64,000 bases of DNA from Psilocybe cubensis (Eukaryota), in the NCBI GenBank assembly GCA_017499595.2, contig CM039005.1, forward strand, positions 1,860,001 through 1,924,000. Direction: 5' to 3'. Numbering within the stretch: position 1 is the stretch's first letter; every line of letters begins with the position of its first letter. The notes under the pieces are model-generated. The model ran no database searches. It had not been told where the DNA came from and was given only the letters and a program-made list of their open reading frames with translations. Of the stretch, positions 37,302-50,617 are shown piece by piece. Position numbers and translations under genes: made by a program.

Positions 37302-37773
37302 CACTACAGGCTCCGATACATGTTTGATGTCAAACATCGACAGTTCCCACGAACTGTTAAGGTCTTAGTGGGTTTATGGGTCGAAGATGAAAAGAACGAG
37401 CCTTCCCTACGGTCAGCCTCGTAACTAGTGCATCAGTGGTAGTGTACTGATAATTTAAATCCAAAAGCGGCTTACAAACCAGATACATTCAATGAGCCCA
37501 TATAGTGTGGCACATTGTGACTCTTGACTTTGCGGGAATTTTGGCATTCGATGATTCAATGAATTTATTGAAGCCCTATTATACAGTACATTGTAAGCTC
37601 CACTGGGCCACTTCTTATTCCACAATGTAGCATGCCTACCTAATTTCACACGGTGTCCACGAAAACGTTGACTTATAAAGGTATGCTGGATGATAGATGT
37701 CTTTGCCACCTCAGCATTTCCTCTCTTAATGTGGCGTCCAACTTTGTTCGGACCTCGCACATACAAGGTTGTC

Positions 37774-39956
37774 ATGTACACGATGCAAGCCAAGCGTGTT
37801 GACAGTATTTTTTATCAACTTCCTCCTGCTCCGCCACACTCGCTACTGAGTTCTACAACGCTTCCGTCCACTCCACCGTCTCCCGTTAAACATAGGAAGG
37901 AAGACGTGTTAGCTCATCGCCAGCTTTTCCATTGCCTTAATAATCTTCGTATACGTATAGGATACAATCGTCGTCGAATTGTTGAATGGCCAATGGAATC
38001 CTCAAACACATCTAGGTAGGCACGATATTGAATGGTGTGCATTGGAAACGCTCATTATCGCAGGCTCGCACCGGCAGACTATATGCAGTCACTCATAAGC
38101 CCCATTGCAAACTTATTAAATACGCTTCACGGCCCACATGTGCTACAAGGCAGTCCAATGGGATGTGTCAAAGTTGAACTTGGAAACTGTGAGCCGCTGT
38201 CCCGGAGTGATTTGATCATCACTTCTCATCTTTGACTTTTTCTCGCAGCCATTGTGGGAGCCACTTTTACTTGCAACGACGACTTCAAGTTTTTCTCCGC
38301 TCTTCCCCCATATATATTGTTTGTGGTAAGTCTGGCGTAGTTTCTCATGCATCAAACGGAATAATAATACATGTTACAGCCAAATGAACTATTCGAGCCT
38401 GACGGCCAGACGTGCTCCGCCGACCTCAAATTCGCGTTTTCAAAGATCTCGGATTCTGCATCATCAGTCATCGTGACAAATTTTAAAGAGGTTGTAGTCG
38501 TCTTTATGAGCAAAGGCGAGCACATTTCTTCAGGAAAAGACCTTTTTATGAAGGTAGAAACATCCGAAATTCCAGCAACATTGAGAGTTTTAGCAGCAGC
38601 TTGCTTGCTCGATGCATTACCGCCGTTTGGCTATATCGAAGGCCCTGATATGGACGCTGGAATTTGGAATGAGGACATCATTCTTCCGATGGGTCCGCCT
38701 CAAAACCCCGACCAACCTTTGCATTCCGATGAACACTTGATTGCTACATGTCACCGGAATTCTGACTTTGACCTCGCTACTTTGGTACGAGATCGCGGCA
38801 GGGCTCTCCAGTTTTTTCGATGGAATAAACATATGCTACAACATAAATCCAAACTAGTTGCTCAGGCAAACAGTACCCTACAGGGAAACACAAACCAACG
38901 CTTCAATCCAGCTATACATGTTCCGCCCCCTTTGTATCCATTTGATCCATCCGAAATACCTTCGGACACTAAGAATCATCTTCAGATGATATACTGCGAT
39001 TCTCCGCTGTCTCAAGGAGGGCTTGACGATGCGTTAGCACAAAGTAAGTCATTTACAATTCGCATTCAAGACGTTCTAGCGGAAGGAAAGAAGAATGGAT
39101 TTTGCACTGTTTACCGCTGCCACCTGACCTCAATCGATGGGCGCTCCGTGTCGTCCTCCCCTTTGCTTTGCTTGAAACTTTTCGACGACCGATTCCAAGA
39201 TTTACATGACTGGATTGACTACGAAGATCCTATTCCCCTCTGGTTTCGCTCAGTGTTCTTCGCCGAAGACCGTGCTGATAAAGAGACGACGGTTTATGAT
39301 AAACTTCGATCTGTACAGGGAACGGTTATTCCTTGGTTCTATGGGCAACATCAGGTAGGAATTATGGCTGAATGGTCTTTTTTGTGATTAATAACTCTTG
39401 ATAGTTTATTCTACCTAATGGAGTGGCCGTTCAAGGACTACTCATGGAATACATCGATGGATACCATCTGAATTCCGAACGCGTGAATGAATTGAGTTAT
39501 GCTCAACAGATCCAAGTTGTGCGTATTGATATCGTTGGTCCTTCAGAGAGGCTAATGTAGCTATACCAGATTCAGAGTTGTCGCCATGCTGTCCGTGTTC
39601 TGGATGCAGGCGATATTACTCAGATGGATTGGCATGATGGCCAATTTTTACTGTATACACATCCAACTGCCCAAGTGGAATGTGTCGTTCTCCTCGACTT
39701 TTCAATGACACTTCAAACCTTCGAGCCAAATTTCATTAATCACCGGCAGAATTGTTTCAGGATGATGCGTGCCCTTCTAAATTCCGGCCCCCCGTCGGGG
39801 GGGCTCGATTCTGAATTGATTTTTCAGTACTACGACAATCCTGACAAATGGGATCCTGTGATGGCTTTAGTTACGGATAGGAAAGGGCGGCAAAAATGGA
39901 TCGAATACACAGGCAGGGTGTTTCCGTATATAGAATTGGACGAACCGCCAGCTTAA
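37774..39956 (+). CDS. Atypical protein-kinase-like protein, copy B
   Basis: Near-identical to copy A. It has TAA where A has CAA, so it is 21 aa shorter at the C-terminus. Confidence 0.7.
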
Positions 39957-40611
39957 CTAGAAGAGGATATCAAAATATCCTGGATCAATGCCATTTCTTA
40001 CATGTCATCCAGTAAATGAAAATTAGACCGATTCTCCCTGAGGGGTCTTATGAAGGAACCAATGTCTGCGTCACCTTTTCCGGGCCCGGCATAGTACATT
40101 TCTTGATAGCATCCGTACCAGTAATCATGACCAGAGCAATTAATTGAATATTCCGTCAAACATTGTATCGAGTTGGCCAAAGTGATAGCAGTAGAAAAAC
40201 CCATAGACCGTAGTGAGTATCGAAGTCTTTTTTCTTCTTTTGGGAATCTATCGTGCAACAAGCAACCGGAGTGCTATGATGCACGTTCTCACCTCCCTAC
40301 GCTTTAGAAGAAAATATGTATAAGTGAATCGACTATAAAGGGGTGTATCAGAGAGTGAAAGCTTGACCGTGCGTTAGGGCTCGATGTTGGCGTCAATTTC
40401 CACGGAAAAAAGGAAGCACAAGGTCACGGTCATGGCCAAACAGCTCGCCAAGTTGCTCGAGCCGCACTAGCCGTTCTTCTCGGATACAATTATGAGCGGC
40501 GTCGTGAGTTGGACGAAAACGTAGTAGTGCACACTTTTGAGGTTAGCGGCGTTGGCTTGCGTTAGCATGTAAGTCGGTAGGAAATCCACAAAGTCCTTTT
40601 AAACACCTTGT
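37785..40611 (+). repeat. Tandem segmental duplication, unit B
   Basis: Highly similar to 34382-37301. Confidence 0.9.
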
Positions 40612-40757
40612 TCTATATACTTTCTTGGGAATCTCAAGAAGGTGGCGAAGTTTTCGAATAATTTTGTTTTGATCTTTCACAGTTTCTTCACCTAGACGAA
40701 AATAATGTCACTTTTCACTGTAGCATTGTAGATAATAACTGCCTACTAGTTGTTATG
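40349..40757 (+). pseudogene. Chimeric relic: dgoD exon fragment fused to the GH30 3' end and 3' flank (shorter copy at about 37070-37270)
   Basis: 40349-40479 resembles dgoD 41958-42077 (…CAGCTCGCCAAGTTGCTCGAGCCGCAC…). About 40483-40757 resembles GH30 33563-33820. Confidence 0.82.
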
Positions 40758-41197
40758 TGCAAAAAAAGCCGGCTCTGCCCCTGCAACAGATGACTATGGC
40801 CAGGCCCAATAGGACTTCAGGTCCCAGGAAGCCAAGTTTGGCTTCCTGACTCAATACCGGAAACGCGGCCCGGGAGGTAGGAAGAGTATAGAGTTGTTGA
40901 CTTCATTGACGGGGAGTATTGTGCTTTCGAACAGACGCGAGATGGTAAACAAGCATGTCGCAGATACCGATAGATTCAGTAAACTGGTTTGAAAAAAAAA
41001 ATGAAAGAAAAATGTGTGTAAGGGCACTGGAGAGCTGACGACGCGATGAATGAGCTACGAGCCCGTAAACACCTGACCAAAAACACAGAACTTTGGAACG
41101 CTGGGAGTTTACATACCTTCTACAGTATACCCTTCACAAAAGCATGAATAAAAGGCGACACGACTGAGAAAAACAGCAATATAAAGCAATTCTCACC

Positions 41198-42944
41198 ATG
41201 GCTCCCTCTCTCATCAGCAAAATCGAGGTACGCAAGACACATCCACACACGCCCCGTGCATCCCTCCGCCTGCGTTTTGCACACCAAGTTGTTCTGACGA
41301 ACTCATCGATTCAAACTAAACACAGACGTTCCGCGTCCCGCCGCGCTGGCTGTTCGTTCGCGTCGAGACGCAGGACGGGATTGTCGGTTGGGGAGAAGGC
41401 ACCCTTGAAGGACACACCGAGGCGATCGAGGGCGCGTTCCTCGACTTGCAAAGGTTCGTGGGCGCTGATGCGGATAATATCCAGGATATATGGCAGATGG
41501 CGTACCGGGGGCGGTTTTATAGAGGCGGGCCGGTGTTGATGGTGAGTGTGTGCGAGAAACTTGGGACGTGGGCTTGGATGAGGTGGTGCTGATGGTGCTG
41601 GTGCATACTGTGTATCATTGCAGAGCGCGCTGTCGGGGCTGGATATTGCGTTGTGGGATATCAAGGGCAAGAAGCTGGGTGTCCCGATATATCAGCTTCT
41701 AGGTGGCAAGGTGCGCGACCGTGTTCGGGTGTATGGATGGATCGGAGGAGACGACTTTGAGCATCTCATCGAGCAAGCGAAGAGGAGGAAGGAGCAGGGT
41801 TTTACCGCCGTGAAGATGAATGCTGTCGGTAAGCGTGTCTATTCTTCTGAGCACTGGCTATTTGGTGTAGGGCCGAGATAAAATGGCGAAGAGGCTGAAG
41901 GGCAATGTAGAATCTGTTGCATGGATTGACTCGCCGACGGTCCTGGAGACAGCGGTGCAGAGAGTGAAAGATGTCCGCGCGTTAGGACTCGACGTCGGCG
42001 TCGATTTCCACGGAAGGCTGCACAAGGGCATGGCCAGGCAGCTCGCCAAGTTGCTCGAGCCGCACCAGCCGTTCTTCATCGAAGGTACGCTTGTCCGCCA
42101 TGTGTAGTTCAAGCACCTCCGTATGGCTCAAACTACACACATTCCCTAGAACCCCTCCTCCCCGCGCACCCCCAGGAGACGGCCGACCTCGCCAAGCTCG
42201 TGAGCACACCCATCGCACTGGGCGAAAGGCTTTTCTCGAGATCCGATTTCCGCCCCTACTTCGAAAGCCGCGCCATCGACATCGCACAGCCCGATGTAAG
42301 CTGATGTCTTTTATTCCCCCACATCTTCGTAATCAAACAAGCCCGACTGATTGACAAAACCCGTGGTATGTGATGATATGCAGGTGTCTCATTGCGGTGG
42401 AATCAGCGAGCTGCACCGTATAGCAGCGATGGCGGAGACGTATGATGTGGGCGTCGCTCCTCATTGTCCACTGGGTCCGATTGCGCTGGCTGCTTGCATC
42501 CAAGTCGGGACTGCGGTTCCGAACTGTGAGTCATAGTTTGATGGGTGTATAATCAACGTCATTGACCACTCGCGATTGCAGTTTTCATTCAAGAAATGAG
42601 TTGGGAGGCAAGAAAACATGATCACGGATAGAAAGACAAAATCTAATGTGATTGGGACGATTAGATACACTACAACCAGGCGAATGTGGCAGACTTGCAT
42701 ACCTACATTGCCGATCCAAGTGTTTTCAGTGTAACGAATGGACACATTGACATTCTGCGAGGCAAGTGCGATTAACTTTGAAGTTCCAGTGCAAACCTCA
42801 ATGATTGAATTTGCAGGACACGGACTCGGAATCGAGATCAACGAACAGCTAGTGAGAGACAGATCAGCAATCCATGCCAAAGATGAGGCCGCGTGGAGAA
42901 ATCCTGTTTGGAGAGGCGAAGATGAAAGCTTGAGAGAATGGTGA
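41198..42944 (+). CDS. dgoD: D-galactonate dehydratase (enolase superfamily, mandelate racemase subgroup), multi-exon
   Basis: [89 protein letters not shown] and WRNP...REW, all closely matching the E. coli DgoD pattern. Confidence 0.92.
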
Positions 42945-43075
42945 ACTCAGACTTCAAACGATGCGCCACAAGTCCGATATAAAAGGTTTAATAATTAGAA
43001 GAAAAAAAAATAATACAAGTGCGATACAACCTCAATGCAAAATACAAGTAAAAGAAAAATAGATCAAGAAAACAT

Positions 43076-43661
43076 CTAGAGCTCCTGGCTGACACCCTCG
43101 TCCTTCTTTGATTTGCCGGACTTTGTGGGCAGGAGTTCCTAAGGATCGAAGATAAGTGGATGCATAAAGAAGATTGAAGAGAAAGTAACGTACAGGAGCA
43201 ATGTGGGGTACAACACCACCCTGGGAGATGACAACGTTGCCGAGGAGTTTCTGCAACCTGAGCGAATCGATAAGCAAATGAAGAGCCCAAAGAGGAAGAA
43301 AACCTTACTCCTCGTCGTTTCGGATGGCGAGTTGAAGGTGACGGGGCACGATACGTTGTTTCTTGTTATCACGAGCGGCATTGCCAGCCAACTCGAGGAT
43401 CTCAGCAGCCAAGTACTCGAGGACGGCAGCGAGGTAAACTGAAGTAAATATTAGCAATTTGGGAGCAAAAGATGAACTAAATAACGCACCAGGGGCACCA
43501 GCACCAACACGCTGGGCGTAGTTGCCCTTCTTCAGGAGACGGTGAACACGACCGACAGGGAACTGAAGGCCAGCCTTGGCCGAACGAGACTGGGACTTTG
43601 AGGAAGAGTCACCACCAGCGGCCTTGCCTCCGGACTTTCCAGCTTTTCCTTTGCCAGACAT
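43076..43661 (-). CDS. hta: Histone H2A with C-terminal SQEL (H2A.X-type) motif
   Basis: [62 protein letters not shown] and ...VSQEL*. Confidence 0.98.
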
Positions 43662-43995
43662 TGTTGAATGTGGTGTTAGTGGGTGAGGGTGGGTTGGGTG
43701 TTGTGGTGGTGGGGGTGAAGCAAGAGGTTAGGTGGGGGAGGCGCCATCGTCGTCCTGTATTTATAGTGGTAAGAGGAGAACGCACGAGCCACACAGAAAA
43801 GCATAAACAACAAACGAGAAACGCATTTCCACGGTCATGTGACTGACAAACGCGTCTTTTGCGATCAACAAAGACGCGTTGTTTCAAACAAGACCAAAGC
43901 AACGCGTTTCTATATAACCCACCACCATCCAGCGCTTCAACATTACGCTCACTCTTTACCCGTAACCACCACCACCACCGCACCTCTTCACCACA
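43662..43995. promoter_or_regulatory. Bidirectional H2A/H2B promoter with two TATA boxes and three ACGCGT (MCB-like) sites
   Basis: TATAAATA on the minus strand at about 43758-43765 and TATATAA at 43911. ACGCGT at 43850, 43874 and 43902. Confidence 0.7.
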
Positions 43996-44596
<601 letters not shown>

Positions 44597-45347
44597 ATCT
44601 TTCTTTGGTCGTTTTTATTCTGTTTTTTTGCGCTGTTTTATCTGTATATCACTTTGTATATTTATTTTCCTTAATTCATTCTTTTCAAACGCAAAATGTG
44701 TGATGCTACTTGTCTGAAATCGTTGAATATCGACTTCCAGCTTCTGAACATTTCCGTCGCCGTCTTTGCACGATGTTTTCCAGGAAATCGAAGATTTTGG
44801 AGACTCGGACGATACTCGTGGAGATTCGAGCTGGTATGTCGTTTTGCCTTGGTTACGATTCTTCTCTCAATGAAAATTTCGTGCCACCAGGCCCGTTGTG
44901 TCGCTGAGGAACCTCGATATCTGGATCGTGGTGGCAGAGTCGCACAGTCCGACTGTGCTCATCCGAGGGCCATGACCAAAATTTCGTGACATGAAGCAAT
45001 TTTAGCACGGGACGCCATTTCCGTCGCGTCGCGTCGCGTCCATTCAGGCAGACAATGGATCACGACCAAATGGGGCCATGGGCCACTACAACCCCCATAA
45101 TTAACGGCAACAGGATTCTCTCAAGCAAATGTCTGGCCATTTCTGATCAGGCCCGCTTGGAGGCCATCACCAAGTGCCCCATTGACACACATTGTCGCAC
45201 AATGGAGTTCAGCGTATAAAGCTACGCTATGGAGGAAGTGCCCATCCCTTACCTTCATTCTTACCTTGGCTGGTCCATCTTATTAATTAGTGACCAGTGC
45301 GTTTACTTTCCATTGGTCTGTTATTTTATTAATTCAATGCACAGGTC

Positions 45348-47156
45348 ATGGCAGCGCCGCATATGGATTCTTCATTGAATCGTCTAGTCGCCCACAGCAG
45401 TCGACAGGGCCAGTCGAACGATACCTCGGTCTCGGTCGTGGCTAATGCGAATGCGCTCACCATGCCACCCTTCAAGTATCCCTCGTGGCCACAGCCCACC
45501 TTCGACCGTGTCCAGCGGACCATCAACGACCTCCCACCGGAAATTCTGTCAGAGATATTATTTCTCAGTGAATTCCACGACTCCAAAGATCCCGACGCCG
45601 ATGCTTTCGAAGTTGCCCAGCAACTCAGCACGGTCTGCCGCCTGTGGCGGCACATCATGCTGGACCACTCGGAGATCTGGGCAAGATGCTTCAAAGTCGT
45701 CGATACCCCGCGGAAGAAGATGGAGATGATCCTGCAGCGCGTCAGAGGCGACCGTCTCGACTTTGAGCTGCCTGCGCTGCCTCTGGTCTCCGACCCGGAG
45801 ACTGGGGATGTTATTTGGCCGTCCATGGTCGAGTTTTGGCAGACGTCGGAGAACGCTGATCTGCTCGACAAGGCTATGGCCCAGTCGCGCATTTTTCTGG
45901 CGGAGCTATCGATGGCTGACGCGGATATTCTGCAGTGGGGTCCTATCAGCGCGCGTCTTCCTCTTCTTCAGAAGATCTCGTTGGAGAACGCACGCTATCG
46001 CGACTGTCTGGTGTTGGACCATCGTGGCTTGTACGATAATGAGCGGCATCCACACTGGCACACACGCTCGCTACGTCTGGTTGGGTGTTTTTTTCCTATC
46101 AAACCCACATTCTTTTGTTTTTTAGAAAATTTATGTATAAGGGACCTCGATCCTGTTACAACAGCTTTGACACCGCAAAGCTGGCTTAATATCCTCGCGG
46201 CACTGCCGCGCCTTCGTCGACTTTCGCTGGAGGATGCTATGACTGATAGCGAGGCACAATCAGCCTTCCCTGATGAACATGACGACATTATAATGGATGT
46301 ACCCAGTGTCAACCTACCTACGCTGGATGAATTAACTATTAAATCCCGCTTCCACCACATAGTCTCTCTCATCACACGCCTCGATATCCCAGACACCTGC
46401 AGCGTCCACATATCCTTCCACTCCCTTTTTCAAATCAACACATCCACCTTCGGCACCTTCACCTCCTGGCTCGAAAGCCGATACAACCACGACGCCCCCA
46501 TCCTCGGCTCCACCATCATGCTGCAGATGAGCGAGCTGGCATGCGCATTCTCCAACACAAGCGCACAGCCGCACCTGGACATCCGCGGCGAGTTCATGCG
46601 CGAATTCGACGAGCGCGGCGCGGTGCTGCACGATGTCGACTTCACACCCGACGAGCTCCTCTTCGCGCTCCTCGCGCCGCTCCAGGCGCCCTGCCGCCAC
46701 GCGACCGATCTCCGGCTATACATCGTCCACGAATTCGACCCGGCGGAGCACCAGACCTTCTGGATGCACGCGTTTGCGCCGTTCGCTGCGGTCGAGACGC
46801 TGTGGCTGATGTCGCACAATAGCTTTTGCTTCATGGGCCCGATGTGCGAGGACGGTGGGCTGATGCAGTCTTACCAGAGCGAGCAAGGCGTGTGGAAGAC
46901 GAGATTCTTGTTGCCCAACTTGCGCTCGCTGCTGACGCTGGATGTCAACTTTGCCGACCCAGTTTCGGGGTGGGACAACGTGTCTCTGGGCACGATGCTC
47001 TTGAATCTCGTCAAGAAAAGAAAGAAAGCTCGCAGGGCAAGATTGACGAACGCCATAATCAAGGAAGCAAGTTTATTGAAAGGAAATACAGGCAAACTAC
47101 CCGCTGCTGCAGAACAGGAGGGCTTGATGGCTTATGCTGTTCGCATCATTCAGTGA
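45348..47156 (+). CDS. F-box-like protein with RNI/LRR-like C-terminal region (single ORF, 602 aa)
   Basis: INDLPPEILSEILF...LSTVCRLWRHIML...IWA, followed by repeated LPxLxxLxL motifs. Confidence 0.8.
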   Translation: MAAPHMDSSLNRLVAHSSRQGQSNDTSVSVVANANALTMPPFKYPSWPQPTFDRVQRTINDLPPEILSEILFLSEFHDSKDPDADAFEVAQQLSTVCRLWRHIMLDHSEIWARCFKVVDTPRKKMEMILQRVRGDRLDFELPALPLVSDPETGDVIWPSMVEFWQTSENADLLDKAMAQSRIFLAELSMADADILQWGPISARLPLLQKISLENARYRDCLVLDHRGLYDNERHPHWHTRSLRLVGCFFPIKPTFFCFLENLCIRDLDPVTTALTPQSWLNILAALPRLRRLSLEDAMTDSEAQSAFPDEHDDIIMDVPSVNLPTLDELTIKSRFHHIVSLITRLDIPDTCSVHISFHSLFQINTSTFGTFTSWLESRYNHDAPILGSTIMLQMSELACAFSNTSAQPHLDIRGEFMREFDERGAVLHDVDFTPDELLFALLAPLQAPCRHATDLRLYIVHEFDPAEHQTFWMHAFAPFAAVETLWLMSHNSFCFMGPMCEDGGLMQSYQSEQGVWKTRFLLPNLRSLLTLDVNFADPVSGWDNVSLGTMLLNLVKKRKKARRARLTNAIIKEASLLKGNTGKLPAAAEQEGLMAYAVRIIQ

Positions 47157-47408
47157 CAGTTCTCTCAATGACCTCAACAGAAATTTTACTCACGAATTAT
47201 CCCATCCTTCACGCTCATTAACACATCCAACTACGCTACATCAAGCAATCAATGGGAAACTAACGACGTCGACCACACAGATATTTATGAATAGAGAAAT
47301 TAGATAGATTGATAAATCCTCCCAGACATCCGTCATAATTATAATACAAATCACAATAATCGATAGATATTATCATAAGAACCGTATGGATTATGAAGCA
47401 AATGGCAT

Positions 47409-50400
47409 TTAACCACAGAACTCCATTCCAGGGCAGCCGATGGCAGTGCCGTAGGCTAGAAGTACGAAAGTCATTATCAGAAACAAACCTTGGAAAAGAT
47501 TGCTGTTAAAAGAACTTACCTCCACCGTCGACACCTGCAATAGCGAGAAGGGCTTGGAGGACACCACCGAGACCCTCGCCAGCAAGCATACCGGCCTGAC
47601 AGAGAAAAGTTGAGTTTCCAGAGGCGGTGGAGAACATAGTCACGCTGAAAACTTACCGAGACAGCAAACATGTACATATCATAGCCAGCGGGGTTGCGGA
47701 GCATCCAGAAGTAATTGAAGCTTGATCCAACAGCCATGGCAATTGAATAGTAGAGGTTAGGTACGACGAAGGCGAGACCGACGGCGTTCTACAAGATAAC
47801 TTGACATTAGCTGATCTGAATAGCATCCGTTCGTTGGACAGATTAACTTACCCAGTTAGGGAAATAAGGCCAGTATTTTTTGGGCACGAAGTAGGTCTAG
47901 AAGAGCGAGGGTAAGCAAAAGCAAAGTATATAACGGGTGTAAGCCTCATACCTTGACAACTAGGCAAACAACGCTGAAGATACCAAGGCCGATAGCGGTG
48001 TAGCCCGAGGAAGGAGGGATAGCTATAGAGACAGATTAAGCCTAACTTCGAACACAAAGACATGCATAGACGTACGCAATTTTGGAGCAGTAACAGCAAT
48101 AGCGACAGCGGCCCAAGCGGCGACGGATGGAGCACCATATGTACAAGGGGGGCCTAAACAAGCGCACTTAGCAAATTTACCATTTCATTCCTAATTGCCG
48201 CTGAAACTAACCGTCTTCAACAGGGTGACTATTAAGGAAGCGGTAAGCATTGGGAAACACAAAAGTTAAGATGGAGACGTACATGATACAAGGTGAAGCC
48301 TTGGTGAAGAGAACAAACAGTCCGCAAGTCAAGAAGACGGAGACTACGGCACCGCAAAGCTGTGCGATGAACTGGTTCTTGGGTTTGGCGCGGAGGAGGT
48401 AACCGGTCTTGAGATCTCCAGTCATATCGGTGGCTTGGGCAGCGGATCCAGCAGCGATAACACCAGCAGTCATGTTAAGGGTCTGCGCAGGGAGAGTTGC
48501 AAGACCGGTGCTCTTGGAGATACCTCCAAAGATGAGCTGGGACACTTTGGCGACAGTAGAGACGGGGTTGACATCAGTGTATCCGGAGGACTGAATACCG
48601 ATGAAAGAGAACAGGAAACCTAGAACGAGAGCAAGAATGGCCTCGCCAACGTTCATGTGGAACTGAGTAGCAAGAATGGCACAGGACATGACAGTGCTCA
48701 GAACCAAACCGGTTGCCCACCAGGAAACGGGAATGCGATCCTCAATGGGTGTCTAGAAGGGAGACGATTGTTTGTTAATCAACTAGTCCTTTGCAACAAA
48801 TAAATGCGCACCTTATCCTCATCTTCAGCATTGGGATCAGAGTGGAGCCAAGTACGGGGGTTCCAGGAAGGAATTTGCATATCTACAATGTGTTAAATAC
48901 TGTAAGGCTCGATCAAGATTGGGTCAAACGTACTGCGAACGATGGGGATGAGGGTGATGACGACATCGGCGAAGGAATACAACAACATGATGAGAACTCC
49001 GGGCCACAAAAGCCAATATCGTGGCGAAGGTTCCCTTGCATACAGGTCGGGATTTGATAGTGACATCGACATGTATGTAACGAGAGGATATTCATCGCTG
49101 ATAGGCTTTCCGAAGGCAAGTCCGTTCTTGACCAGAGATGGCGAAACTGGACAGTTTTAGTCATATGTATAGAATCGATAATAAACCATGCTTACTGATT
49201 CCCCAAGCAAGAATGGTTCCACCGACTATTGACAAAAGTCAGACAGAAAAACGGTAAAAGGCGAAACACAAACTTACAGAAACTCCAACTCGCGTTCAAA
49301 CCGCTGAGCATACCAGCACCAAAGAAGGCAGGTGTAACTATAGCACTCAAGTGAGTTGCGCGATTGAAAAAGATCTGGCGAAGTATTTACATTGAATCCA
49401 CCATCCATAGTTCTCAAGGTTGATCATGCTGGTGAAACCGAGACGGTAGAGAGTCCAACCGATATGCCAGTCAAAGAGCTATCAAGCAAATCAGGCTTTG
49501 CCCTAAACAAATATATGAAGGCTGATACTCACAATGCCGGGAGCATATCCACTAACAACCTTGTAGACGAAGACGGCAATGAAGGAGTACAGCAGAGCAA
49601 GCGATTTCTTGCGGGCAGCAATGGCACCGGATTTGCCGCGATGAAGAGATCGAATGGTATAAGCCTGAATATAGGAAATATGCTAAGTTTGAGTAATCAA
49701 AATGATGTAAGTTGACATACAGTGGCGGCAGGTGTCGGGAACGTCAATTTTTGGTGCACAATGAAATATTTCCTCAAAGGAATGACGAAGAAGACACCAA
49801 AGAACGCAGCACAAGAAGTTAGCGCAATGAGTTTCCCAATGTCTTTCGAAGGGTCATCGGAAAGAAGGTTGAGGGTATACATGGCTGGGACGGCGCTGAC
49901 CATCAGGATACCGAGACCACCAGCGGCTGAAAGTGATGTTAGTCTTTAGAAATTGTTAAGAAAATGCTTTTCGCACCGGTAGCAGCTCTAAAATCGTATT
50001 GAATATGAGTAGTGATTACAGAAAAGGACACGTTGAACTTACGACTGGACTGTACAATTCTCCTTAGGTCCAAATGGTCCTCCCAAGAAGCTGAGGATGC
50101 CACTCTCTGGCAAGGCCTTGGACATGGCTTTCAAAATTGCAAAACCAAAGATAGCCTGTTAAATTAAAATAAGGACTCGATGAACAAGATAAGCAGTGAT
50201 TTGAGGAACTTACTCCGAACAATTGGGCACCGAAAGTGAATCCCGTTTTCAGACCGAGATAGATGTTGGATGCTCCAACAATAGCGCCCAATGCACAACC
50301 AACAAAGATAGCCCTGATGTGCACATGAGATAAAGATTCAAACAGGTACTAAGAACCATGTTACCTGAAAGATAGTTGATGAGTTTCTTCCCACTCATCA

Positions 50401-50617
50401 GGATCAGGAGGGAAAGGTCTGGAGCTATAGAAGGCGAGGAAATGGTTTAAGAACTTTATCACATAAAGTAGGTAACGGCGGCAACATACACATCATGGTC
50501 CTCATATCTGTCCTCCTTCTCCTCCTCGAGCTTTGCGTCCTCCACAGAATCTTCTCGCTTCTCACTGTACGGCTCGCGGTGGAGAATCGGAGTGTCCCTC
50601 TCGATAGCGGTGCTCAT
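47409..50617 (-). CDS. OPT-family (YSL-like) oligopeptide transporter, many introns
   Basis: [77 protein letters not shown] and LAGEGLGGV. Confidence 0.92.

Noticed and set aside
40825-40848. Inverted repeat CAGGAAGCCAA-GT-TTGGCTTCCTG upstream of dgoD
   Set aside because: It occurs once and nothing else supports a function.
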